Assembly (NCBI GenBank): GCA_051294375.1 | Contig: JBJCIZ010000326.1 | Span: 1-36,039, forward strand | Source: Paraspadella gotoi | Taxonomy: Eukaryota > Animalia > Chaetognatha | Reading direction: 5' to 3' | DNA length: 36,039 bases | Shown: piece by piece, positions 1 through 11,640 of the stretch | Layout: the number at the start of each line of letters is the position of its first letter | How positions within the stretch are numbered: position 1 is the first letter of the stretch | Program-made: the position numbers and the translations under genes | The notes under the pieces: generated by a model | What the model was told of the DNA's origin: nothing | The model's input: only the letters and a program-made list of their open reading frames with translations | Database searches by the model: none

Positions 1-1804
1 TAGTAAATGCAACTTATGTTTTTTCCATTTAAACTCATTTACACACTGTCCTACCCACACACAAAATTTCATTCTAATCCAACCAGCCAATCACGAATTA
101 TTGGAGCTTTTTGCTAAGATGGACGGAAGGACGGATTGATTGACTAACTAATTAATTATTGATTAATTAATTGACTAATTGATTAATTAACTGATTAATT
201 ATTTGATTTATTAATACATCCTTCATTTACATTTAATAGAAAAGAAAAAAGAAGCATAATCAATTAGTGAAACAGGTTTTTTGTTTTTTTCCATTTAAAC
301 TCATTTCCACTCAAACGATTCCATCGAAACTTGATTTCCAGCTCATTCACACACTTTCCTACCCAAATACAAAATTTCAAGTCAATCGCCCCATCCACTC
401 TTGAGTAATTGGTGTTCAAATAGTGACATTTTTTTAAAATTTTTTCCATTTAAACTCATTTTCACTCGCACGATTCCATCGAAACTTCATATACAGCTCA
501 TTCACACACTTCCCTACCCACTAGAGCGTTTGAAAAATAAAAAATATAACAAATCAAGTGAGGTACATAGCTATTTTAGTGTAATGAAGTCTGTAGAATT
601 CGATGGTGATGACCATTTTTTTTGTATAATTTTATCTTTCTTGTCGGAAATGGCGGTTTTTAATGTTTATAAAATTGTATAAAATAGCAAAAACCATTAT
701 AAGTTATGATAAATCAAATTATTAAAATTTTTAAAAATTTATATGAGCTTTTTAAATATAAAAATAAAGATTATAAAAATATTTTGGTAAGTTTATTTTT
801 AAATTTTATGTTTTATAAAAAGTTAGTTAACTATATTTATTAATAATTATGCGTAAAAAATTGGGCTAAAGTTAAAAAATAATAATTTCAAAAATTTTTC
901 ATGGATTTGCATTCTTTGGAAAAAGTTGATATAAGAAAATATAATTTTTATATCAAAATTATGTCATTAAGTTGGTCAAAATTCAAAAAAAACTATAATT
1001 TTAAGCCAAAAATTGAAAAATTAAAAAAAAATAATAGTTTTTAATATTTTTAACCTACTTAATAAAAGATTTTTTTAAAATCGATTATACTTTCTTATAC
1101 TAACTTTTTGTAAGAATTCAAATCCGGTTTTAAATTTTAAATTTTTATTTTTTTCACTTTAGCTTATTTTTTATTATTTATTAATAAATATAGCTAACAA
1201 ACTATTAATAAAATATAAAATTTGTAAATAAACTTACCAAATATTTATATGGGTCTTTATTTTTCATATTATGTAAGTTAAATATGGCTTTTATAAAATC
1301 TTAATAATTTGAGTTTCTTATACTCTACAATGTTTGCTCCATTTTAATAGCACCTTATATGCTGCAAAAATCGCCATTTCCGACAAGGAAGATGAGACAA
1401 TACAAAAAAATGGTTATCATCATCGAATTCTACAGACTTTATTACACTAAAATAGCTATGTACTCACTTGATTTGTTATATTTCGTTATTTTTCAACGCC
1501 CTACTACCCACACACACAAATTTCATTCCAATCCATCCATGCAACCACGAGTAATTAGTGTTTTTTGCTCAGGTGGGACGGACGGACGGACGGACAGACA
1601 GACAGACAGACAGAGACAGACAGACAGACAGACCGACAGACAGACAGACAGACGGACGGACATCGTTTTTTTTTTGCATAATTTATCATAATTCGATGTT
1701 CTGACATGATATAAGTGTCTGCCCATCAATATTGAGGGGGCGGACCGACGGACCGACAAAGTGAGTTATAGAGTCGGGATCTGCTGATAAGCAGATCCGA
1801 CTAA
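1..1804 (+). mobile_element. HINE/DINE-like non-autonomous Helentron-type element, copy 1 (runs off the left edge; interrupted by the MITE at 522-1503)
   Basis: Has ~125-bp internal subrepeats (ttttccatttaaactcatttccact...), a GACG/GACA microsatellite at ~1577-1660 and a terminal hairpin agtcgggatctgct-gata-agcagatccgact at ~1772-1802. The same layout recurs at 6804, 15050, 20192 and 25740. Confidence 0.7.
522..1503. mobile_element. hAT-type MITE/foldback element, ~980 bp, palindromic over almost its whole length
   Basis: Termini tagagcgtttgaaaaataa / ttatttttcaacgcccta. Exact 8-bp TSD CTACCCAC at 514-521 and 1504-1511. Confidence 0.9.
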
Positions 1805-1827
1805 TATTTTATATTTTTTTAATTTTT

Positions 1828-2667
1828 GCAGTAGGCTATATTTATATATAGTACTATCCTTATAAAATTGAAAATTTCAAAATAGGCTTTTCTTAATTTT
1901 GATTGCAGATTCGAATTCCTCGTCAAAAGTTGATAAAAGAAAATATAAATCATTTTTAAAAATTATTTCATTAAGTGGGTTAAAATTAAAAAAAATATAT
2001 TTAATATAAAAAAAGTTAATTTTCAGTTTAAACAATAATAATTTTAAATTTTTGACCTATTTAATAAAGAAATTTTTCAAAAAGAGTTATATTTCTTTTT
2101 AACAACTTTTTATGACGAATCCAAATCTGCAAAAAAATCTTTAAAAAAATTGTTTTGAAATTTTAACATTTATTGGTTTAATACTAGTATAAATATGGCC
2201 TACTGCGTAAATAATAAAATTTATTATAAATTTTTTTATTACATAAATGTTCATTAGTATAATGTTGTTCGTTCCTCACTTTTAGGATTTTAATTAAAGT
2301 TAAATTTAGAAATTTTACTACGCCTTAGTATATAATAAGCTAAAATTTCAAATTACAAATTTTTAAATTTTAAGATCGGATTTAGATTCCTTGCAAAAAA
2401 TGATATAAGAAAGTATAATTATTTTTTAAAAATTAATTTATTAAATTAGTTAAAAATGTTAAAAAAAACTATATTTAAGACGCCGATTTTTAATTTTAAG
2501 CTTAAAAATATATTTTTTTTATAATTTTAAACTACTTAATAGCATAATTTTTGAGAAAAATTCATATTTTCTTTTATCAACTTTTAATGAGGATTCTGAA
2601 TATGTTTTCAGATGATATGTTTTTGACATTATATAAGGGTAGTACTATATACAAAATAAGCTGACTG
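1828..2667. mobile_element. Foldback/MITE-like element made of two tandem palindromic modules
   Basis: gcagtaggctatattta (1828) is inverted at taaatatggcctactgc (~2190-2207) and again near 2630-2667. The internal module resembles the centre of the 522-1503 MITE. Confidence 0.6.
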
Positions 2668-2787
2668 GGCTACTATATTTGTATTAAAAGAAAAATAATA
2701 ACAGATTAGTATTCACTAATATGATAGTTTTCAAGATATAACTGCGAAATTTTGATTCCAAACTTTCACTTCACCCTACTAACTAAC

Positions 2788-2820
2788 CAATGGTTACTAA
2801 CCATGACCGGATACCCATGA
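2788..2820 (-). CDS. Probable exon of a hemopexin-repeat protein (HGYPVMVSNHW); boundaries uncertain
   Basis: Acceptor ttaaaag and donor gttagt on the minus strand. GYPxxVxxxW resembles the hemopexin GYPKxIxxxW motif. An alternative acceptor would start the exon at 2843. Confidence 0.45.
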
Positions 2821-3692
2821 CTTTTAACCAAAATATTGATGGCCTATGATAAGCCGTCTCAAAGCTGAGGCTCAATCTTTCAGAAGCGTTTATGAAGAGC
2901 AGCTGTAATTTTTTTGTGGTGCTGTAGCAGCAATCCTTATCACATTATATTAATAGTAGTAGGCAGGGATTTGGAGCCGGAGCCGGAGCCGGAGCTGGAG
3001 CCGCCGGAGCCGAGCTTTTTTTGCCGGAGCCGGAGCCAGAGCCAGAATTTTTATCTGGCCGGAGCCGGAGCTGGAGCCGGAGCCGAAAAAAATTTTTGAC
3101 CGGAGCCGGAGCTGGAGCCGGAGCCGAAATAAAAATGCCCGGCTCCAGCTCCATAAAAATAAAATAAGATTATAATTATCAAATTAAAAAAATATTTAAA
3201 AAAATATAATATTGATTTTTATAATTAATAAAAAATTTTAACTTACTTGTTTTACTATTTTCTATTTTTCTATTTTTTATTTTTATAATTTATATAATAT
3301 CATATATTTATTATATATAATATTAAGTAAATAATAATAATTTTTATTTTTAATCTATTAAATTTTATTATAAAATACTTTCAATTTTTTATGAAGTAAA
3401 ATTAATCCCTGAATATGCTTTGGCTTACTTAATATAGCAGTCTGATTAAAGGCAAAGCTTTTCAATAATATATTTAAATAATAATAATATAATAATAAAA
3501 GTTATTTGGCTTACCAATTTTTTTCTTATTATATACTTGCAATTTTTGTTACATATGGTTGAAACATATCTATTTAAAAGATAAAAAATTAAATTTACTT
3601 TATATAATACTTTTTATTTTTAACTTTTTAATTAATGAATCCAAAAATATACCATAAAACTTATAATATTAGTTTACTTCTTTCATAGTATT

Positions 3693-4225
3693 AAGGAGAT
3701 AACAGTTTTTGAATTTGAACAACAATTTTTTTTGACAAAATTTTAAGTCAGGATATGTTTCGGCTCACAAGGGTTAGAGCCTTCATCAGCAGTTTTGAAA
3801 TCAACAATTTTTTCTCTGTTAATGTTAAGTTTTAGAGAAGGAGCGAAAAGATTTTCCAACAAAGAATAGGGTAAGAGACAGTGGCCCGATGTGGGGACAG
3901 ATAAAGGTGAGGACAGGAAGAAGAAGCAAATTTTGTGGAAAGAGAAAAGAGAGAAGGAGAGAGAGAGAGAGAAAAATTAATATCAATACATTTGGTAATG
4001 TACAACAGAGATATAGTGAAATAAAGTTAAATTAACAAACTTAAAGATAAACTAATATTTAACAAAAAATAAAATATATTAAATTAGTTCTAACTAAATA
4101 AATAAATAAAGTGAATTAAAGTGAAATTTGAAATGGAAGAATAAGTGGTGAGGGATAGTTAAGTAAAGTGATAGTGAAAGTAAGTGTAAGAAAGAGCTCA
4201 AAATGAGCTGGCTCCCCCCGGCCGG
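3693..4225 (-). mobile_element. Penelope-like element 3' terminal repeat (pLTR) fragment
   Basis: The reverse complement is colinear with 13425-13965 (gccagctca.tttgagctctttctta ... aatctgtcctcacctt ... ctgatga ... gaaacat). Confidence 0.8.
3745..3795 (-). ncRNA. Minimal type I hammerhead ribozyme, probably degenerate
   Basis: Minus strand reads CTGATGA-A-GGCTC(taacccttgt)GAGCC-GAAA-CATATC. Core and stem II are intact; the stem III palindrome and stem I are mutated. Confidence 0.65.
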
Positions 4226-4789
4226 GCAAATAGAGGATATATTATATGCCTGAAAGGAATAACCATACTCGGGTATCCTGTCAGTCTTTTTTTATTAAGG
4301 TCGGACTAAGTGATAGACAAAAAGCATTGGTCAAGTTCAGGGTTTGAAAAGGGACTGGCCAAGAATAATGGGGATATAATAAGCCTCCCATTCACCTGAA
4401 TGAACCCAATAAAAACCCTAACCCTAATTAATTTATCTTATTTGCAATCTTGCATCATTTATAGCAGGCCATTTTTTTAGCCTTAACCCTAACCTTTTAT
4501 CTCATGCCAAGCTAAAACCTTAACCCTAGTATTTTAACTCTACAAGGTGACACACAACAGCCCGCCGCTAAAAAACATCGTCATTTATAAATTTGTAATT
4601 TTTTTTTTAATCTGAAAAAGTTTTCTGTAATAAAAACCTAAATCATTTATATAACCAATTTTATATTGATTGGTTTTGATTTGACTTGGCACTGAGCAGA
4701 GAAAACTTGCTTTCAAAATTGTGTTTCATTTTAAAACTTTATTTTTTTATTCAATCTGTTTTTTCTAAATTTTTAACTATTTTTTTACA

Positions 4790-5210
4790 AAACTTTATAT
4801 AAAAGGTATCAATATTAATATATTCTGAAAGCTTTTAAAAATATAAAGAGATTGGTATAATTAAAAATACTGTAATATTAAAAATAGCCTATCTAGCTTT
4901 AAGATAATTATTAAATTAAAAATTCTTAAAAAGCAGTTTTTGAATAATTATTAAATTATTATTAGCTATTTTAATTTAGTTTTCTTAAGCTTTTTTATGA
5001 TACTTTATAAAACATAATTGGTAAGATCATTATAGTAAGAATAGGTCAGATATTTAAAAAAAATTATTTTAGTATTTTATTATTTCAATTTGGATTATCT
5101 TAAACTAAAGCTGGTTAGGCTTATTTTCACGTTAGAATATTCTTAAATATATCATTTTCTTCAAGAGCTTTCAGAAGATATTAATATTGATACCTTTTAT
5201 ATAAAAGTTT
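4790..5210. mobile_element. Palindromic MITE-like element nested in the hAT element
   Basis: aactttatataaaaggtatcaatattaatatattctgaaagct is inverted at agctttcagaagatattaatattgataccttttatataaaagttt. Confidence 0.7.
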
Positions 5211-5459
5211 TTATTTGGAGAGAAAACAAAAATTTGTTATTTGATAACAATGGTTTTGTTGTTATTTAAATCGGATATTTTTCGACTCTAGGACTTCATA
5301 GTTTTTATAGCATTAAATCAAAAACATTTCAGTTTTAAATATGAGTTTGTAATTAAATGCTGATGAAAACTCGAAAGTTATAGAATCGAAACATGTCCGA
5401 TTTAAATAAAAACAAAATTATTGTTGTCAAATAATGAATTTTCGTTTTCTTCTAAATAA
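5211..5459. repeat. Inverted duplication of a Penelope-like hammerhead plus 3' tail (~115-bp arms)
   Basis: 5211-5326 is the diverged reverse complement of 5345-5459. The arm sequence resembles the Penelope tail at 13870-13965. Confidence 0.75.
5351..5406 (+). ncRNA. Minimal hammerhead ribozyme motif with weak stem II
   Basis: CTGATGA at 5360-5366 and GAAACATGTC at 5388-5397. Stem I is ttaaatg / cgatttaa with one bulge. Confidence 0.6.
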
Positions 5460-5554
5460 TTCAAAAAAACAAAAAGGAAAGATTAATACAATGTAAAATT
5501 TTTTTTAAAAATGTTTATAAAGTTAGACGATAAAATTGAAAAAAAAGATTTGAC

Positions 5555-6095
5555 TCTGGCCTCCAGTACATCTCTGTGCCTAAACCCAAACCTAACTGCC
5601 TTTGATGCATCAACCATGGGCTTTTCCCTAACCCGAGCCTCTCGTTCAACTCCATGTTTTCTCCCAAATCTAACCCTAACTCGGGCCTGGGCTTCCCATA
5701 TATCTCTGTGCCTTAACCCTAACCCTATCCGCCTTTGATGCATCAACAGTAAGCCTCTCCCCCTACCCTAACCCAGGCTCCCATTCAACTTCATGCCTCT
5801 CTCCTAACCCTAATCTTAACCCAGGACCGGGCTTCCCTTATATATTCGTACCTCAACTTTATTCCCTAATATCCATTGCCAGTACCTTCCTTAACCCTAA
5901 TGCCGGCTTTTTGTTTAAAATTTTACCTTAAAATTGACATTAACCCTAACCATAACCTTAAACTACTTAACTTTAAGCCTAACCCTAAATTACTCAACCC
6001 TAACCCTATTATTACCAACCAACTTAACCCTAAACCAAACCAACTCAACCCTAATCTAACCTTAAACTATCTCAACCCTAACCTTAACCATAATC
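5555..6095. repeat. Degenerate (AACCCT)n-rich tract including a ~135-bp tandem unit (~2.3 copies)
   Basis: tctctgtgcct.aaccc.aacc...gcctttgatgcatcaac is repeated at ~5571 and ~5703. Many taaccct variants continue to 6090. Confidence 0.7.
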
Positions 6096-6589
6096 TGAGT
6101 TTTAAGTAAAATCCCCATAATGAGAATGCTAAATATAATTTACAATTAAATTACCAAAAAGTGAGGATGTCACCAAAAAATAAAAAAAATATTTTGCTTA
6201 TTATTTTAATATTTTTAAATATAATTTTAATTATATAAATATATTTTTTTTAATATTAAAATATATTATATATTATAATATAAAATAAATATTAATTATA
6301 ATAAAAATATAAATTATATAATTTAAAGAATATATTATGAATATTTAATTTCTTAAATTTTAATTATATATATAGTAATGGAGCCGGAGTTGGCCGGAGC
6401 CCTGGGAAGCCGGAGCCGAGTGAAAATTTTTGCTGTGAGCCGGAGCCGGAGCCGAAAAAAAAAATTTTGCTTGGAGCCGGAGCTGGAGCCCGGAAAAAAA
6501 ATTTGGCCTGAGCTGAGCCGAGACAAAATTAGGTCGGCTCCACATCCCTGGTAGTAGGGGAATTTTCCATTCAATTTTTTTATTTAAAC

Positions 6590-6634
6590 GCACCAATTGT
6601 ATCAAAAGGATTTTCTAAATTTTGAATCCCAATC
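6590..6634 (-). CDS. Probable exon of the hemopexin-repeat protein ((R)IGIQNLENPFDTIG); 3' end at 6590 or 6594
   Basis: Acceptor tactacag follows a 33-nt GT-AG intron (6635-6667). The phase matches the upstream exon. Confidence 0.5.
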
Positions 6635-6667
6635 CTGTAGTATAAATATCTCGAAACATCGCCTCAC

Positions 6668-6719
6668 CTCCAAACAATCATGTCGGTCCCCGTAACGTAT
6701 AAATACTTTATTGTTGAAC
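6668..6719 (-). CDS. Probable exon of the hemopexin-repeat protein ((G)STIKYLYVTGTDMIVW(R))
   Basis: ttttcataaag acceptor and gtgagg donor, 52 nt. Its phase 1 start matches the phase 1 end of exon 7929-8051. Confidence 0.62.
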
Positions 6720-6803
6720 CTTTATGAAAAAGATTTATAAAATATTAGATATATCGTATAAGAAAACTTGATATTATCATTTATAGTTTCCCTGTAATTA
6801 TTT

Positions 6804-7245
6804 TTAGCCGGATCTGTTTACAGCAGATTCCGGCTCTATAATCCACTTTGTCGGTCCGTCGGACCCACCCCAAAATTATGCAAAAAAATAGATGTCCAAT
6901 GGACATCCATTGTCCAATGTCCATCCATCCGTCAGTCCGTCCCCGGTTAGCTTTGAACGCCAATTACTCATGATTGGATGGGGCGATTAACTTGAAATTT
7001 TGTATGTGGGCGGAAAAGTGAGTGTTTGAGCAGGAGATCAAGTTTCGATGGAATCATCCAAGTGGAAATGAGTTAAAATAGAAAAAACAAAAAAAATATT
7101 TCACTATTAGAACGCGAATTACTCATGAGCCGATTGGGCGATTGATATGAAATTTTGTATGTGAAAAAGCAAAAAAAAATTATCTGATCAGCTGATTACC
7201 GCTAATGATCGTGGGCAGATCCGGCAATGTTTGCTCAAACTTGTT
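6804..7245 (-). mobile_element. HINE-like element, copy 2 (short, both termini present)
   Basis: Hairpin end agccggatctgtt-tac-agcagattccggct. The other end is gggcagatccggcaatgtttgctcaaacttgtt. Both flanks are T runs. Confidence 0.75.
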
Positions 7246-7928
7246 TTGAAAATGAGAAGAAAAAAAAATTATTATCCTTGTTGATTTCTATTCCACAAAA
7301 TAAACAAGTAATTTGAAAATTTTCATATTATACAATTAACATAAAATTTAAATAAGGGAGTAAAAAAGAGTAGTCCCCGTTATAATACTTTATGGAGTGG
7401 TGCTTTTAAACAATTGAAACATTCTTTGAAACATTATACCACTTGATAGAGAAGCCAAGTACTCCTGGAGTAAAAAAGACTGTGAGAGTCTTAAGTAAAA
7501 ACTTTAAGGGTCTTGCTATTTTATTATTTTATGATGGAGGCCTTTAACCACCAAAGCCAGTCCAAAGTCAAGGACAAAATCGCTTATTTATAAATGTTTG
7601 TACCAATTTCATTAATCAAAAGCCTGCTATGGTACACTGCGGCAAAAAAAGTAGCTACTACCATGATGGAAACAAAAATTGTCGCGGTTACTTTCCAGCT
7701 ATTTTTCAGCATTTTAATGTGAGAATCAAAAAATAAAATTTACATATCGAAAAACTTTGGCCTTCTGTGATTCATATGAGCTATTTATGTACGACAAAAA
7801 AATAATTTAACATTTTATAACTTCTCTTTTTATAGTGAAACCAAATTACTTTTTTATATTTTAATTTTGTCTGGTAACTTATGTACTTTTGTTAATAAAT
7901 TATATAAAAGTTATAAGTTATCAGTTAC

Positions 7929-8051
7929 CTGGGAATGGTTCTTGAAAGACTGAATCAAATTTCGGTGGAATAGGTACAGGAAATCTAGTTAGTCCAACAG
8001 GGAAGGTTCGATACCAGGTATACGACAAACAGCTCCTGTTCCCTCCATTGT
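7929..8051 (-). CDS. Probable exon of the hemopexin-repeat protein (xNGGNRSCLSYTWYRTFPVGLTRFPVPIPPKFDSVFQEPFP)
   Basis: ttttctattatttag acceptor and CAG|gtaact donor. 123 nt with a single open frame (phase 1-1), richer in GC than its flanks. PPKFDSVFQ resembles the hemopexin LPxxIDAVF motif. Confidence 0.65.
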
Positions 8052-8114
8052 CTAAATAATAGAAAATAGATGTAAGTTCAGTAAATTCAGAATTAAGTTT
8101 GTTTTTAATTTTAA

Positions 8115-8810
8115 TAATTAGGTTAGCGGTTAGGGGAAAGGAATTCGGTATAGATTAGGCAAAGGGATTAGTTTAGGGATTTTGTCAAAGTTTTGGTAAG
8201 GAATAAAGGTTAGGAATAGGAATTTAGGTTTAAGGTTAGAAAATAAAGTTAGAGTTGAGGGTAAGGGATTGTGTTGAACTAAGTTCGGAGAGTGGTTTCA
8301 TTGACTTGTAAACTTTTCCGGGCTAACTCTACGCCAAATAAAGCGTTGGTATTTTTGGCGAAATGGCGCAGAGGAGACGATGGCGCTGGTCAAAGACGCT
8401 CAGTAGTTGAGGACGAGAAAGTCTCGGCCACAAAGGCGAAGCCCAGGACGTACAAGTAGTAGTAGAGAGTTATAGTAAAGTTAAGTTGTAGAGGGATTGA
8501 GTTAAGTAGTTAGAAGTCCTGGGCAAAGGATAACAAAACATTTAATTCAAACTCAGCAAATATATACAAAGTTTAAAGAATCTTTCTTACTTGTTTCTGA
8601 AGCCATAATAGTAACAAAAAGCTGCTTCTCTCACAGAAAAGTCCACCAATCCAGCAATTACCAAATAGTTTCTTAAAACTAAAGATTCCGAGGTTTCCAG
8701 AGAACTGAAAGTGCTAGAATGGGCAGATCTATTAGTTCACATCGATAAATCGCAATTAGAATCCATCGAAATCCGATGAACCAATCAGAATCTGCCCCGG
8801 AATCTGTACT
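8115..8810 (-). other. Unclassified repeat-like segment: TTAGGG-like tract, moderately GC-rich leader and a candidate 72-nt intron (8519-8590)
   Basis: ttaggg variants at 8118-8270. 8272-8335 is homologous (inverted) to 14623-14692. The minus strand reads gtaaga...tcctttgcccag. Confidence 0.35.
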
Positions 8811-8819
8811 AAGTATATA

Positions 8820-11059
8820 TATGACACAATGAAAAATGGCGTAACGTTACTGTTCCGTGCATAAAAAAAATTTACTGTTCAATATTATTATATTTCTTTT
8901 TATTTTTTGAAACGTTATAGTTTCATATGTCGATATCCAAAATATCAATGCAAAATCTTTTTTTGTTTTTTAGATATGACCGAATATAGGGTGAAAGATG
9001 ATAAATTTTTTAAAAAAGTTACTTATTCATATTTATTCCTAGAATTGTAATAGAAAAAATAAAAAAAAATAATAGTACCAATAGTTAGTGTTATGTCTCA
9101 AATAGATGGAAAAAAAACCTCATTTAAAAATTCGATCGGGAAGTGGGGTAACTTAGGCTTACCAATGGCATCCTCCACGCCGATTGTTCTCTCAAATAAT
9201 TTTTTTTATTTAATACATTTGAAAGGGAAAAAAAGAAAATTCAGAATGCAGGTTGCATAAAGGGTACAGATAATCTGGACTTACTGACATGATAACCATG
9301 ACCTTTTATATCTTGTGAAATGGGGGCAGTAAAGATATCTAAAAAATTCAATCATTAAGTCAGTCAATGAACCCTTTCTAATGGGGCTATTATGATAAAT
9401 ATTTTTTCTTAATTAAAATGGATGATAAATAATAGAATTAAATTCCTTGCTATATTTAAAAGAAAATTATCAACACAATGATGTCTTGCTTTGTCAAATA
9501 TATTGCCAGTTATATAATTTTTGAAAACTTTATTATGATAAACATTAAACAAGCAGTGTGTCAAGCTTTTAGTTTGCAGTTAAAGATAATGAAAAATTCC
9601 ATATTTTTTTTCACAGACAAGAAGGTAGATGTCCAGACTGTTTATATCAAGCTGAAAACATTTTTGTATTTATCATTTTTGATATTTAAAAAGACATTTT
9701 ATCAAGCTAAAACATAAATTTTTTGCTTGTTTTTTACTTTAACTTAAAAATATAAGCAGTTTTATGGAATAAAGAAAATTTAATAATAATCAAAATGTAA
9801 TTCAGTCTTTCCTTTTTCAAATTACAAAAGAAAAATAAAAAAATTCATATGCCTTCATTGAAATTTTTAAAGCAAAATACTGTTATACTTTTAACTCTGA
9901 TTTAAACAAAAGCTGTGTAAAGATTTATGGATTTAATTTAATAAAACTTTTTTAGAAAGGTGTCCCATGATTAGGGCTTTAATTTGATACCACACCCATC
10001 TTGCTAGCTCTTTTCTTTCAAAAGTTATTTAAAAAAAGAACTTTTTTCAAATTACGCAGTACAAATCTTTGTTAAATAAAAATTTTGGCAAAGCGGGAGT
10101 ATCTCACTTATTTCTATTGATACAATACTTAAATTTTAAAATAAAACTTGAAGAAATTTTTTTTGTCATTTAGAGACATATCACTTTCAGGTGTACCCAT
10201 CGTATAATAATTGATTTATTTATTTCCCCAAAAAAAGCCTAATTAAAAAAGTTGAAATTTTTTCAAATTGTTGGAAAAAAATTTCTCTCCGACCTATGCT
10301 CATTGAGAATAATGGTTTTGCATAGAAAATCAAAATATCAAAAAATAAAAAAAATCAGCCTCTAGAAAAATTGAAAGGCTAGAGGCTGGTTTTTTTAGAA
10401 TTGCAAATTTTTTTTCCTAACTCGAAATCCATTATTCTCAAGTTTCAAAATATTTTTTTCCAAAATCATTCAATCAATTTTTTTTTATTAATTTAAAATG
10501 TTTTTATGATGTTGTTTTTGTTTGAAAGAATTGAAAAAAAGTGAAAAATATAGTAATTATATAAGGTTTTTGGAAATACCTCTAAAATATTAGATAATTA
10601 GACACAAGGGGAGTAAGCAGAGAAAACTTCCCATTCATAAAAAAAATTGAAAATGAATTTGTCATATTGTTATTTAGATTAATTGACTAATTACAAACAT
10701 AAGATTCATATAAATTGAGGAAATGATGGGTAAAAAATATTCATCTTGGTCTCGGTTAACTATTAAGTTATTGTTAAAGTTTTGTTTAAATAATATTAAT
10801 ATTTTTTTTGCATCTATAAAAGCAATGGTCTAAAATTTTGTAAGCGTTTCGAGCTATATTGCTTCATCTTTTTTACTATTTTTGATCTAGTTAGCTTTTT
10901 TGTTGATGGTCAAGGGTTATGGTCAGATACAGTAATGTCCAGTAGTTATATCGCACATATTACCAAAAGTAATAATCAATTAATTTGGCTCAGAAACAAT
11001 TTTAAAGGGACAAAATCAGCACGAGACAGTAACGCCACGTTATTTTTCATTGTGTCATA
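8820..11059. mobile_element. Non-autonomous TIR DNA transposon, probably Tc1/mariner-type (TA flanks)
   Basis: ~45-bp TIRs tatgacacaatgaaaaatggcgtaacgttactgttccgtgc / gcacgagacagtaacgccacgttatttttcattgtgtcata. Internal palindrome at ~10304-10441. Confidence 0.8.
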
Positions 11060-11439
11060 TAACAAAAGTCTAAAACAAAAGATGTCGCTGTAATCGCTGA
11101 AAAGTTGGCAATTCTTGCGTCAGTAAAAAAGACAAAAGAGCACCGGGAAAAGGTGGAGAAGCTGGATTTCATCGTAATATAAAAGATAGTTATTTCGTAA
11201 CAGGGATCATTGATTGAAGTTTGGGATTAGGGCTAGAGATTGGGTTAGGGTTAGAGATAAAGGTTAGGGATTGGATTAAACTTTTGAAAAAGGGTAAAAT
11301 TTAATTTAAGGATGAGGAATCTGAATGGGGCGCTCTCGAAAAAGGGCTTAAGGGAACATAATGACCAAAAATGAAAACATAAGTTTGGGCCTCTCTTCGG
11401 ACGTGATGGTCGAGAGTTAGGGTCATTCTTTCGAGTTTG

Positions 11440-11640
11440 CTTTGGAAATCAGAAAAAAAATTCCATCTCCTTGTTGAAATGCGTACAAGGACGAGATAAT
11501 TATTGGGAAAATTTTTCATTGATCTCCCCTAAATACTGATACCCTTCATTGTCTTACTTTTACATTAGAAATCATTTTTCCATAAATTTCGAATTTTTAT
11601 TTTTTAATTGAGAAAGCTGAAATCTTGCGTCTAGGCCTCC
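11440..11640 (-). CDS. Possible two further hemopexin-like exons (frameshifted as assembled) separated by a 29-nt intron
   Basis: Fragments GGLDARFQLSQLKNK/FEIYGKMISNVK, then intron gtaagac...tatttag (11530-11558), then GEINEKF/YAFQQGDGIFFLISK. Needs several single-base indels, some in homopolymer runs. Confidence 0.3.

Larger units (their letters stand above)
2964..6550. mobile_element. Non-autonomous hAT-type DNA transposon (3587 bp) with GGAGCC subterminal repeats and nested insertions
   Basis: TIRs cagggatttggagccg / cggctccacatccctg. Exact 8-bp TSD GTAGTAGG at 2956-2963 and 6551-6558. (GGAGCC)n arrays at 2972-3152 and 6380-6540. Confidence 0.92.

Noticed and set aside
1359-1759. ORFs with TDRQ/SVCL repeats (also 25785-25991)
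   Set aside because: Microsatellite within HINE copies; one ORF crosses a TE junction.
2914-3154. EPEPE / APAPA ORFs (also 6353-6605)
   Set aside because: They arise from GGAGCC subterminal repeats of the hAT element.
5483-6109. ORFs rich in NPNL/RVRV
   Set aside because: Translations of AACCCT-like repeats.
8591-8728. Open minus-strand frame RSAHSSTF...YGFRNK as a host exon
   Set aside because: Its phase does not fit the hemopexin exons, there is no recognisable motif, and the sequence after the adjacent intron looks non-coding.
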